Source: Leptospiraceae bacterium (GTDB lineage Bacteria; Spirochaetota; Leptospiria; Leptospirales; Leptonemataceae). From it: DNA of 64,000 nt. The stretch's first letter is position 1. The number at the start of each line of letters is the position of its first letter. Where the stretch lies: the NCBI GenBank assembly GCA_040217195.1, contig JAVJNR010000005.1:192001-256000 (forward strand), given 5' to 3'. Below are positions 10,473 through 20,342 of this stretch, one piece after another. The notes under the pieces are model-generated. The model worked only from the letters and a program-made list of their open reading frames with translations, did no database searches and was not told where the DNA came from. Both the position numbers and the translations under genes were made by a program.

Positions 10473-12638
10473 ATGAGCATCAAGATTCTGGCCTCCTACC
10501 GCCAGTTGCTCAAGACCTTTCGAGAACGAGTTCCCGAAGGCGATGAGGATCTCATACGTAGAGCCTTCCAGTTCGCTTATAGAGCCCACCGGGATCAAAG
10601 AAGGCTTTCTGGAGAACCCTACATTATCCACCCAATTGCCGTTTCTCAAACCCTGGCCGAACTGGGACTGGATACGCCCACGGTGGCAGCCGGTCTACTC
10701 CACGATGTGGTGGAGGACACACAGTTCGGAGAAGACTTCATCAAAAGAGAATTCGGTGAAGAGATCCAGAATCTGGTAAAGGCAGTTACCAAAATTTCGT
10801 TGGTAAAGAAAGACAGCGTTCAGCCTGCGGAAGGCACCCTTCGCACATTGAAAGAAAAAGAAGCCGCAGAAAACATCAGGCTAATGCTTCTGGCAACAGC
10901 CAGGGATGTGCGAGTCATCTTAATTAAGTTGGCTGACAAATTGCATAATATGCGAACCCTGCAGTTCCAGAAACCGGAAAAAGTGGAACGCATCGCAGCA
11001 GAGACACTGAACATCTATGCACCTATAGCAGGCCGACTTGGTATGTTTGGCATCAAATCGGAACTGGAGGACCTGGCCTTTGCCAGTCTGGACCGAGAAA
11101 CCTACAAAGAGATTGTAGTGGGACTCAAGCAGAGCCGATCCGAACGTGAAGAATTCATTAAGAAATTACGCAAGATTCTACAGCAGCGACTGGCAGACAT
11201 CAATATTACGGCCCGGGTAGAAGGAAGGGCCAAACATATCTACTCCATCTATCAGAAAATGAATCGAGACAATCGGGATCTAACCCGGGTCTATGATCTA
11301 CGAGGTGTGCGAATCATTGTAGATGAAGTGCGGGACTGCTACGGAGCCCTGGGAATTGTGCATACACTATGGCCCCCTATTCCCGGACGGTTTAAGGACT
11401 ATATAGCCATGCCCAAGATTAATGGCTATCAGAGTCTGCATACAACTGTGGTAGGACCGGATGGTCGCCCGCTGGAAGTTCAGATTCGTACCCGGGATAT
11501 GGATGAGAGGGCTGTCTTTGGTATTGCGGCACACTGGCTGTATAAGACAGGAAGCACCAGAGAAGAAAGAAGAAATGAGAAGCTGAAGTGGCTGGCTCAT
11601 CTTTCCCGACTCACCCAGGAATTTCATGGAGATACCAGTGAGTTCATCGAGGATCTGCGCCATGAACTTAACCCTCATGAAGTCTTTGTATTCACTCCTA
11701 AAGGAGAGATACTGAACCTTCCGGTAGGGGCCACAGTTCTAGATTTCGCATTCCGCATTCACACTGACATTGGTCTTCGCTGCAGGGGTGCCATTGTAAA
11801 TGACCGAATGGTACCCTTACGAACAGAACTGAAAAGCGGCGATCGAGTAGAGATTCTCACCCATGCTCAACCAAATCCTTCGCCTGTATGGTTGCGATAT
11901 GTAAATTCTCCCCGGGCGGGACAGAAGCTCAGAGCTTACTTTCGCAAGCAGGAAGAGGAGGAGCCGGATTTTCATGAGGATCGACCGGGCCCGGAGAAGC
12001 TGCCAGAGAAGCAGCCAATCAAGATTCGTCGCCGCAAATCCGCAGACCCCAAGAAAGTCCCCATTGAAGTTGCAGGTGCTACAGACATTCCGGTGCGATA
12101 TGCAGGATGCTGCTCTCCGGTTCCAGGAGATAGAATCATTGGATTTGTTACTCGAGGTCGTGGCGTTACTGTACACCGGGCGGATTGTCCTCATATTCCA
12201 TCCGAAGAGTCCGAAAAGGACCGCCTGATTTCGGTGCGATGGGAAGGATTGACAGAAACCTATCCTGTTCAGATTGAAATCGATGCAGAAGACCGACAGG
12301 GTCTGTATCTGGATCTGGTGGGAGCTATCGCAAGAACGCAGACCAATATCCTGAAGGCTCAGGCAGACATTCCAAGAAATCATCGTGGGACAATGAAGGC
12401 TACGTTTTTGCTAGAGGTTGAACACGTAGATCAGCTAAATGATATTCGAGAAACTTTAATGGCAATACCGGGTGTTCACGAGGTACGTCGAGTGCTGGGT
12501 CCCGGGGTGGGCCCGGAAAAGGTTTCCGGCACAGCTCAGATGGACCCAGATCTTCTGGCCGCGAACGGATCTCTCAACGGACGGTCTAACGGAAAGCCCG
12601 TGAAACATAAGAAAAAGGAAAAAACGAAACCAGGTTAA
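10473..12638 (+). CDS. spoT: Bifunctional (p)ppGpp synthetase/hydrolase Rel/SpoT
   Basis: Intact HD (LLHDVVED), RFKD and EVQIRT synthetase motifs, TGS, CCSPVPGD zinc region and ACT domain. An in-frame ATG at 10455 is an alternative start. Confidence 0.95.
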   Translation: MSIKILASYRQLLKTFRERVPEGDEDLIRRAFQFAYRAHRDQRRLSGEPYIIHPIAVSQTLAELGLDTPTVAAGLLHDVVEDTQFGEDFIKREFGEEIQNLVKAVTKISLVKKDSVQPAEGTLRTLKEKEAAENIRLMLLATARDVRVILIKLADKLHNMRTLQFQKPEKVERIAAETLNIYAPIAGRLGMFGIKSELEDLAFASLDRETYKEIVVGLKQSRSEREEFIKKLRKILQQRLADINITARVEGRAKHIYSIYQKMNRDNRDLTRVYDLRGVRIIVDEVRDCYGALGIVHTLWPPIPGRFKDYIAMPKINGYQSLHTTVVGPDGRPLEVQIRTRDMDERAVFGIAAHWLYKTGSTREERRNEKLKWLAHLSRLTQEFHGDTSEFIEDLRHELNPHEVFVFTPKGEILNLPVGATVLDFAFRIHTDIGLRCRGAIVNDRMVPLRTELKSGDRVEILTHAQPNPSPVWLRYVNSPRAGQKLRAYFRKQEEEEPDFHEDRPGPEKLPEKQPIKIRRRKSADPKKVPIEVAGATDIPVRYAGCCSPVPGDRIIGFVTRGRGVTVHRADCPHIPSEESEKDRLISVRWEGLTETYPVQIEIDAEDRQGLYLDLVGAIARTQTNILKAQADIPRNHRGTMKATFLLEVEHVDQLNDIRETLMAIPGVHEVRRVLGPGVGPEKVSGTAQMDPDLLAANGSLNGRSNGKPVKHKKKEKTKPG

Positions 12639-14368
12639 AGACTGGCCAATCGCACCTGATCTTCATACAGACTGAATCGGGCTCCTGGTAAAGATCGTCT
12701 CTCCACCCGGTACTTTCGCACTCCCACACCAAAGGATATTTCCACCCCTGGAAAGACCTGTTCTCTCACTTCAATCTCCGCACCTTCCACCGGATTGATA
12801 CTGGCAATTAGCCGTTCTCTTTGAAGTTCAAGATTCTCCAGATGCTTCTCCAGTTTTTGCTGCACCATCCTGAGCCTCTTCTCTGTCTCTTCATCTTCTG
12901 CTGTGGCTTTGCCCCGCTTTCGACTTTCTTCGATTTGCTGCATATGCAGAAGCACCCGGTGATAGGTTTTTTTCTGTTCTTCGTACTGTGCATCCATTTC
13001 TCGAAGCTTCTGAAAAGTATCTGGATCGACTCCCACTGTAATTCGAGTAGCTGTTTCCATCTTGGTGCCAAGCTTTCTGGCCTTCACTCGTTGACCGGCA
13101 AGAATATCTCCTCCGATGATTTCTCCGCGACCTTCCTCTACAATGATTTCCTGGCCGGCAGTAAGTCTGGAATGCATACTCACTTCCTGGATGTAAATTC
13201 CATGCCCTGCCAGAAGGGAGCTCTTCTGAGCAAAACGCGCGAATATGCTACCAGCCGCCTCAACGTAGCCGCTATTTCTGGTCACAGCCCCACCGGTTAG
13301 AATTATATCCCCTTCTGCTTTTAGAAATACGTTGCTAACGGTTTTTTCGATTATAATGTCACCCCTGGCATTTACCTGGAATCCATCCAGTACGGTATTA
13401 TGTACCACCACAGTGCCCGGGAAATCTATATGACCTGTAGAGTAGTCTACATTATCCAGCTCCAGAATTTCCTCTACATCGATCCTGGGAAAACGAGTCT
13501 GATAGTTGGAAACCCGTGCATGACCGTCGATCTTCGAGAAAAATTCTGTACCCCTGGCCTCTACATTAAGTCCAGCTTCCAGGACAATGGCAGAGCCATC
13601 CGTGGCAGGAAGTGTGCGACCGGTGACCGTAAATCCAGCCTCCCCCGGTTCTCCCGGAAGAACCCGGGCAAGTAGATCCCCGGCTTTACAGGTCTGAACT
13701 ACATTCAGGTTGCGAAAATCCACCGGATCCTCTTCTCTTTGACCTGCTTCCCGAACAGGGACGGCCCGCGGATTCGGCTCAATCTGCCACTGCACGCTTG
13801 CATCTCTGGCAGCTGTGGGGTTTTTCATGGTGGCAATTCTGTAGGCCTTTTTCTGAAACCCTCGATTCGCAAGTTCAGGCAAACTGCGATTTGCAATTGC
13901 TTCCACCAGAGCTTCATCGATCCCTGCCACCACTCCCCTGGAAGCCAGAAGAGTAAGAATCTCTTCGCGGCCGGGCCAGTTTCCACCGTGTCGGGGCGCG
14001 ACAACAGTGATCATGGCCTGGCTTTCATCCTCTGCCATATCCAGTTCAAGCCTGGCATCTTCACTGGGCAGTTCTTCCCAGGCAGCAATGTCAAACGCCT
14101 CGCCAGAAGCGGCTGCCACTGCTTCGTCCAGGGCCGCCCTGTCATAGTCCTGAACTCCAAAGAGTTCCAGACGGGCCTGTACATCGATTTTCTTTACAGG
14201 CCGGCCTTTCTTTCCGGCAGGAAATACGCGAAGGATGGCCCGACCGCCTTCATTTTCCAGAAGGAAGTGTCCATTTTCGTTGTCTTCGATGGAGCGTAAG
14301 AAGTCCTGATGCGATTCCATATAATAATTAGTGCCGGGCTCTGTCTCAGGATTTTTCTGGACTGGCAA
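12635..14368 (-). CDS. fapA: FapA (DUF342) flagellar assembly protein A family
   Basis: VDFRNLNVVQ, VDYSTGHIDFPG, VLDGFQVNARGDIII, GEIIGG, coiled coil, VFPGVEISFG. Start may be ATG 14320. Confidence 0.85.
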   Translation of the reverse strand: MPVQKNPETEPGTNYYMESHQDFLRSIEDNENGHFLLENEGGRAILRVFPAGKKGRPVKKIDVQARLELFGVQDYDRAALDEAVAAASGEAFDIAAWEELPSEDARLELDMAEDESQAMITVVAPRHGGNWPGREEILTLLASRGVVAGIDEALVEAIANRSLPELANRGFQKKAYRIATMKNPTAARDASVQWQIEPNPRAVPVREAGQREEDPVDFRNLNVVQTCKAGDLLARVLPGEPGEAGFTVTGRTLPATDGSAIVLEAGLNVEARGTEFFSKIDGHARVSNYQTRFPRIDVEEILELDNVDYSTGHIDFPGTVVVHNTVLDGFQVNARGDIIIEKTVSNVFLKAEGDIILTGGAVTRNSGYVEAAGSIFARFAQKSSLLAGHGIYIQEVSMHSRLTAGQEIIVEEGRGEIIGGDILAGQRVKARKLGTKMETATRITVGVDPDTFQKLREMDAQYEEQKKTYHRVLLHMQQIEESRKRGKATAEDEETEKRLRMVQQKLEKHLENLELQRERLIASINPVEGAEIEVREQVFPGVEISFGVGVRKYRVERRSLPGARFSLYEDQVRLASL

Positions 14369-15761
14369 CCTTCAAGAAATCCAGAAAATACTCGGGATAG
14401 GTCTTTCGAACACATCCTGGATCTTCTATTTCAATGGAGGTTCCGGCGGAGACAAGGGAAAATGCCATGGCCATTCGATGGTCCTGGTAGGTTTGAAATC
14501 TGGCAGGTTTCAACTTGTCCGGTGGATTGATAATCAAATAGTCCTTGCCTTCTTCAACTCTGGCACCGGTTCGTTCCAGTTCTGTTTTAAGTCCATGGAT
14601 TCGCTCAGATTCTTTGACTCTTAGATTGCCAATGTTCGTAATGCTACTTTTGCCACCGGTAAATAGATTCAGCGTAGCAAGAGTCATGGCTGCATCGGGC
14701 ATGGAATTCATATCCAGGTCCAGAGCCGATAGAGACGTACCACCTGTGGCTTCAATGTATCCATCGCCCCATTCAATTTTCGCCCCCATGTCCTGTAGCA
14801 CCTGTGTAAATTGCTGATCTCCTTGAATGGATGACAGGCCCAATCCCCGGACTCGCACCGGCCCTCGACCGGCCAGGGCCCCGGCAGCAAGAAAATACGT
14901 GGCCGCCGAGGCATCTCCCTCTATTTCATATTCGGCGGGAGCCTGATAGGCTTGATTTCCGGGAATGGAAAACTCAGTATAACCGCTACGATTCACGGTA
15001 ACTCCAAAGTCCTTCATCATAGAAATGGTCAGATCAATATAAGGTTTGCTCACCGGATCATCCTCAAGCCGTAAGTTGAATTCCTTTTCGCTTAGAGGTG
15101 CAGCCATGAGCATGGCTGAAATGAACTGACTGGAAGTACGGCCCTGAATCCTGGCATGATCCTTCTTCCAGCCCTGACTGGTCACTCTTACTGGAGGGCA
15201 ACCGCCCTCACCGGTGGATATATCCACTCCAAGAGTTTCAAGACACCTGGCAAGATCACCAATGGGACGGCGATTCATTTGCTCATTCCCATAAATCAGA
15301 TAGGAACCCCGAAGAGCGGAAAGGACAGCCAGTAACGGTCGCATGGCCGTGCCTGCATTCTCCACATAGAACTCTCCCCGGGATGGCGAAAGCCTGGGAT
15401 GGTCAGATTCTATTTCTACATCAGAATCGGTGTCCCGAACCGATACACCGAGCCCGGGTAAAATATTTCGCAGAACATTTACATCGTCTGAAGCCGGCAA
15501 TCGCCTCAACCGACAACTCTTTCCGGCTGATGTGCCCAGGGCAGCCATAAGCAGAGCCCGATTCGCAATAGATTTGGATCCCGGTAGTTCCACTTCACCG
15601 GAAAAATTCGAGATCCTGGGGATTTGAAGAACATCGCAGGAATCTACATAAGCTGAGAACAGCCCATTGCTTGCATCTGCCATCCGCTCAGCAAAGGATG
15701 GTTCTACAGATGGGGATCTGGCAGGCATATCCTTCAATGATTGCCTGGTCCTAACTGACAA
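14346..15761 (-). CDS. aroA: 3-phosphoshikimate 1-carboxyvinyltransferase (EPSP synthase)
   Basis: LPGSKSIANRALL, NAGTAMRPL, SSQFIS, RVKESERI, DHRMAM, KTYP. True start is probably downstream (e.g. ATG 15683). Confidence 0.97.
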   Translation of the reverse strand: MSVRTRQSLKDMPARSPSVEPSFAERMADASNGLFSAYVDSCDVLQIPRISNFSGEVELPGSKSIANRALLMAALGTSAGKSCRLRRLPASDDVNVLRNILPGLGVSVRDTDSDVEIESDHPRLSPSRGEFYVENAGTAMRPLLAVLSALRGSYLIYGNEQMNRRPIGDLARCLETLGVDISTGEGGCPPVRVTSQGWKKDHARIQGRTSSQFISAMLMAAPLSEKEFNLRLEDDPVSKPYIDLTISMMKDFGVTVNRSGYTEFSIPGNQAYQAPAEYEIEGDASAATYFLAAGALAGRGPVRVRGLGLSSIQGDQQFTQVLQDMGAKIEWGDGYIEATGGTSLSALDLDMNSMPDAAMTLATLNLFTGGKSSITNIGNLRVKESERIHGLKTELERTGARVEEGKDYLIINPPDKLKPARFQTYQDHRMAMAFSLVSAGTSIEIEDPGCVRKTYPEYFLDFLKVASPEKS

Positions 15762-15778
15762 CCACTTTGAGAGTCACC

Positions 15779-16267
15779 ATGAAAGCAAATGCCAGTCAGA
15801 TGCAGCAGAATCGAAAATCCGCGGACCACAAATCTCTAGAAGAAGGCTCCGAATTACTTCTGGATTTCTTCAAGTTAGCAGAAATGGGATCGGCGGCCCA
15901 GGATGGCCTGGTTCCCACGGTGGTACAGAATGTAGATTCTGGCGAGGTTTTGATACTGGCCTATGTAAATGAAGAAGCCTTGAAAGAAAGTCTGGAGCAA
16001 AAGATTGCTGTATTTTTCAGTACATCCAGAAGAGAGCTCTGGATCAAAGGAGCCACCTCCGGCGATTATCTGGATCTGCTGGAAGTGCGAATTAATTGTG
16101 AGCAGAATTCTCTTCTTTATCTGGTGCGCCCCCGGGCGGGCGGAGTCTGCCATACCAGAGATGATTCGGGTCAGACCAGAAGTTCCTGCTACTATCGAAA
16201 ATTTGATTCTTCTGGTCTCAGTCCTGTAGCCAACGGGCCACTTCCATGGCATGATAACTCAAAATAA
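15779..16267 (+). CDS. hisI: Phosphoribosyl-AMP cyclohydrolase
   Basis: FFSTSRRELWIKGATSG, NCEQNSLLY, GVCHT...SCYY. Confidence 0.93.
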   Translation: MKANASQMQQNRKSADHKSLEEGSELLLDFFKLAEMGSAAQDGLVPTVVQNVDSGEVLILAYVNEEALKESLEQKIAVFFSTSRRELWIKGATSGDYLDLLEVRINCEQNSLLYLVRPRAGGVCHTRDDSGQTRSSCYYRKFDSSGLSPVANGPLPWHDNSK

Positions 16268-17192
16268 TATTCGCGCCGGCTCGTTTCATACCAAGCAGAG
16301 ATTCCATTACTACGGCCCTGTAATCCAGCCATCCTGCCGCGGCAGCGGCCTTTAGCATGGCATATTCTCCAGACACATTGTACACAGCCACCGGAAGCTC
16401 GCTAACTTCTGCAAGAGCTCGCACCACATCCAGATAGGGAAGCCCGGGCTTAACCATTACAATATCGGCCCCTTCCTGTAAATCCAGTTCGTATTCCCTG
16501 AGTGCCTCTCGAACGTTGGCAGGATCCATCTGATAGGTCTTTTTATCTCCAGATCTGGGCGCACTTTGAAGTGCATCCCGAAAAGGACCGTAAAATGCGG
16601 ATGCATACTTCGCGCAATAGGATAGAATACCGGTATCAGTAAACCCCTCATCGTCCAGTGCCTGACGAATGAAAGCAACTCTGCCATCCATCATATCACT
16701 GGGAGCCACAAAATTAGCTCCTGCCCTGGCCTGAGCTACAGACATCTCGGCCAGCAATTCCAGGGTTTCATCGTTTAGAATTAATCCTTCTTCGGATAGA
16801 ATTCCATCATGTCCATCGCTGGAATATGGATCCAGAGCAACGTCGGAGAAGATAACTAAGTCCGGGAACCGTTGTTTGATCTTTCGAATGGTTCGTAAAT
16901 ACAGACCATCTGGATTTATGGATTCAGTGCCGGTGGAATTCTTCAGAGAATCCGCGATGGCCGGAAAAGGAGCGATGGCACGGATACCTAAAGAAACAGC
17001 TTCCTGTAAGAATTCGGATAGCCGGTCTTCATTGTGTCTATACACTCCTGGCATGGAAGGAATCTCTTCCTGGTTGGATTCGGTAACAAAGATGGGAAGT
17101 ATAAGGTCTTCTATGCGCAGATGGTTTTCGCGCACCAGATCCCGAACATAGGCAGTAGTTCGATTGCGACGAGGTCGATGGGAAAGTTCCAT
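16218..17192 (-). CDS. hemB: Porphobilinogen synthase (delta-aminolevulinic acid dehydratase)
   Basis: DVALDPYSSDGHDG (Asp-rich, non-Zn type), APSDMMDGR, KYASAFYGPFRDA, VMVKPG. Confidence 0.98.
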   Translation of the reverse strand: MELSHRPRRNRTTAYVRDLVRENHLRIEDLILPIFVTESNQEEIPSMPGVYRHNEDRLSEFLQEAVSLGIRAIAPFPAIADSLKNSTGTESINPDGLYLRTIRKIKQRFPDLVIFSDVALDPYSSDGHDGILSEEGLILNDETLELLAEMSVAQARAGANFVAPSDMMDGRVAFIRQALDDEGFTDTGILSYCAKYASAFYGPFRDALQSAPRSGDKKTYQMDPANVREALREYELDLQEGADIVMVKPGLPYLDVVRALAEVSELPVAVYNVSGEYAMLKAAAAAGWLDYRAVVMESLLGMKRAGANIILSYHAMEVARWLQD

Positions 17193-17261
17193 GAGGACAG
17201 GTTGCGAAACTGCACCAGAAAATCGAGTGTTTATGACACGACCAATTGAAGGAACCGTGGC

Positions 17262-17972
17262 CTAACGAGGCATCAGGTTCTTATTTCTTTCCACCTGATC
17301 GATTAAATGGTCAAAATTCCTGGCCTTGCTGGCCCGAAACTCCTCCAGCATCTTCAATCGAGAGGCTTCAAAGTCATCCATCAAATTTTTTTCTATGCCA
17401 ATAGATTTGTTGGGGCCCATCTCAGCCAGGGCCCGTTCTCCGGCTTTTACAAGCAGATTAGCCGCTCCCGGTCCCTGAACCTCCACTTCCCCTTCACCCA
17501 CCAGAATCCGTGTGGTCTGACCTTCAGCCTCTACTATGAAAGTAGTTCCTCGGACCAGGGCCACAGCCGTGGGTCCCTGGATTTGAATATTGTATTTCTG
17601 TGAACCGTTCTTCTGCGCATCCACCCCAAGATTCCCGGAGATTATATTGATAAAAAAATCCAATCTGGACTGAGTATGCTGAATATTCTTAACTACTACT
17701 TCACTGTTTTCCTGCACCGATATGAAAGCACCTTTCGAAAACTGAACAACTACCCTGGAATTCTTTCCCGTCCGGATAACATCCTTTTCTTCAACAAGCT
17801 CCCGCACTCGAATCTTCTGAATCCTGTCACCACGCTTTATTTCAGCGTCTCCCACTCTAAAGGTGACCAGACCAATCCTTCGCGTGGTTTCCTGCTCTGC
17901 AGCCACAGGCTGAAAGGGACTCACAAATAGGGGCAAAACCGATGCCAGAAGAATAATTAAGATTCGATTCAT
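17262..17972 (-). CDS. FecR-domain exported protein
   Basis: Signal peptide; DVIRTGKNSRV, PTAVALVRGTTF, VGEGEVEV FecR motifs. Confidence 0.85.
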   Translation of the reverse strand: MNRILIILLASVLPLFVSPFQPVAAEQETTRRIGLVTFRVGDAEIKRGDRIQKIRVRELVEEKDVIRTGKNSRVVVQFSKGAFISVQENSEVVVKNIQHTQSRLDFFINIISGNLGVDAQKNGSQKYNIQIQGPTAVALVRGTTFIVEAEGQTTRILVGEGEVEVQGPGAANLLVKAGERALAEMGPNKSIGIEKNLMDDFEASRLKMLEEFRASKARNFDHLIDQVERNKNLMPR

Positions 17973-18214
17973 AGTATTTCCTTTTTTTCGCGCTTAACTC
18001 TAACTGAACCGTTGCCGGTTCGCAAGCCTTCGTCTATTACTGTAGCCCCGTTAACACTGCGAAGTCAATGTGGCATCCATGGTTGCTATTAGATCGATCA
18101 TGGCCATGCAGTGGTTCGCGGAAACTGATTTTTCGTTCCATTACCGGGTATATTTTCCTAATTCCAGGCCGGATTGCAGTCCAATCCCGATTTTTGAGGC
18201 ATAAGTTACCGGAT

Positions 18215-20164
18215 TCACTTCAACTGTGTCGATAAATCTTCATATTCCAGCAGGCATTCTGGATTACTTAATGCTTCTTTGTTTCGGACCGGCCGGCCTT
18301 CCACTATTTCTCGAACCGCTATTTCGACCTTCTTCATATTTCGCGTATAGGGTATAGCAGCCACTGAAAGAATGACTGCCGGGACATGCCGGGGAGAAGC
18401 CTCCTTCCGGAGTGCTTTCTTGATCAATTCTGCCTCTTCGTCGCGAATCTGTCGACCTGGATCCGGCTTTAACTTAACGAATAGCACCACTCGAACATCG
18501 CCCTGGTAGCTCTGCCCGATCACCACGCTATCTTCAACAAAATCCAGGGACTCTACAATCCGATAGATATCCGCCGTTCCAATGCGAACCCCCCCAGGGT
18601 TCAATGTTGCATCGGATCGACCCAGGAATAGAAAGCCGCCGGATCTGGTTCTCTGCGCAAAATCTCCATGGGTCCAGACATTGGGCCAGACATCAAAATA
18701 GGCTGATTGATACCGCTTACCATCCGGATCATTCCAGAAGTACAGCGGCATAGACGGAAAAGGCTCCGTGCAGGTCAATTCTCCCTGCTCTCCCGTAACA
18801 TCCTTTCCGTTTTCATCTTTGATTTCCACCTTCATTCCAAGTCCGGCCGCCTGGATTTCTCCACGACGAACTTCCATAAGTGGATTGCCAAGAGCAAAGC
18901 ATCCATTTAAATCCGTGCCACCAGAAATGGAGGCAAGCTGCACATCGCTCTTGATGGATTTGTAGATATAATCAAATTGTTCTGGAAGTAGCGGGGAACC
19001 TGTAGAAAGCATAGTTCGCACCGTTGCAAGTGAATGATTTGATTTCACATCATATTCGGCCTGTTCCAGAGCGGCAAAGTACCTGGCACTGGTTCCAAAT
19101 ACCTGAACCTTCTCATGATCCGCCAGGCGAAATAGAGCCCCAGGATCCGGATGAAATGGATTTCCATCAAATAAAACGATGCAGGCGCCTGTGGCAAGAG
19201 CACTGACCAGCCAGTTCCACATCATCCAGCCACAGGTAGTAAAGTAGAATGTGGTTTCATTCGGTCGAAGATCGCAATGAAGAACATGTTCTTTTAGATG
19301 GTTCAGAAGCACACCATGACCCTGAACCATACATTTTGGCAGTCCGGTAGTTCCAGAGGAATACATAATATACACCGCATCCATAAATGAGCGAGGTACA
19401 AAGTGGATGGTACCTGCATCCTCTAGAAAATCTTCTAAAGCGATGGCGCCGCGAATGCCACTCACATCCACGGGATCCGAGGAACCTGGAACAATAACGA
19501 TTCGCTCCATGGGTATGGCCTCTGCGATCTGCTTAACTTTGTCCAGAATCGAAATCCAGCGACCTTTGAAGAAGTAGCCATCACATGTAAAAAGCACCTT
19601 TGGTTTGATCTGGCCGAATCGATCCAGAACCGCCTGGGCTCCAAAATCCGGAGAGGCACTGGAGAAGACCCCGCCCAGGGAAGTAGCTCCGAGCATGGCA
19701 AGCACCGTATGCGCACGATTGGGAAGATAGGCAGCCACGCGGTCCCCTGGTTCCAGTCCCAGGTTTTTTAAACTCAGATGATATCGACTGGCTTCCCGGT
19801 AGAGCTCCGAATGAGTGTACCGAATTTCCTGACCAATTTCGTCCAGCGATATGAGTGCAGGTTTGTTTTCCGAAGAATTCTTCAAAAGGTTCGCAGCGAA
19901 ATTCAGAGTTGATCCTGCAAACCACTGAGTATCCTGAATTTTCTTGGCCGGAACTAGAACTTCCGAAGGAGCGGACTGAAAGTTTAAGTCGCAGAATTCG
20001 GCCACTTCTTTCCAGAAATCAGAAATATTCTCAACCGACCATTTATGTAGACTTGCATAGCTAATAGGATCTATATCTGCATTGTATTTCTTGCGCAGTT
20101 GCTCTGCGAAGGAATACATCTGGCTTTTTTCGGGATGAGCCGGAGACCATAAAACGGGATTCAT
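18215..20164 (-). CDS. aacS: Acetoacetate--CoA ligase
   Basis: YSSGTTGLPKC, FTTCGWMMWNW, SISGGTD, GRSDATLNPGGVRIGT, KKVE. Confidence 0.93.
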   Translation of the reverse strand: MNPVLWSPAHPEKSQMYSFAEQLRKKYNADIDPISYASLHKWSVENISDFWKEVAEFCDLNFQSAPSEVLVPAKKIQDTQWFAGSTLNFAANLLKNSSENKPALISLDEIGQEIRYTHSELYREASRYHLSLKNLGLEPGDRVAAYLPNRAHTVLAMLGATSLGGVFSSASPDFGAQAVLDRFGQIKPKVLFTCDGYFFKGRWISILDKVKQIAEAIPMERIVIVPGSSDPVDVSGIRGAIALEDFLEDAGTIHFVPRSFMDAVYIMYSSGTTGLPKCMVQGHGVLLNHLKEHVLHCDLRPNETTFYFTTCGWMMWNWLVSALATGACIVLFDGNPFHPDPGALFRLADHEKVQVFGTSARYFAALEQAEYDVKSNHSLATVRTMLSTGSPLLPEQFDYIYKSIKSDVQLASISGGTDLNGCFALGNPLMEVRRGEIQAAGLGMKVEIKDENGKDVTGEQGELTCTEPFPSMPLYFWNDPDGKRYQSAYFDVWPNVWTHGDFAQRTRSGGFLFLGRSDATLNPGGVRIGTADIYRIVESLDFVEDSVVIGQSYQGDVRVVLFVKLKPDPGRQIRDEEAELIKKALRKEASPRHVPAVILSVAAIPYTRNMKKVEIAVREIVEGRPVRNKEALSNPECLLEYEDLSTQLK

Positions 20165-20342
20165 TTGCTCAGAATGCAAGACCGCCGCCGCTCCATGCAA
20201 GTAGATTCCAGGCCCGCATCCACCTGATTCACAGGCAACAAGCGGGCTCGATTTAAGGACTGAGTTGAAAAGGCAATATTTAAAGCACTACCCGGTTATG
20301 AATCGTCTTTTGGCCGATTCGGTTAACATCAAGAACGTCCGC

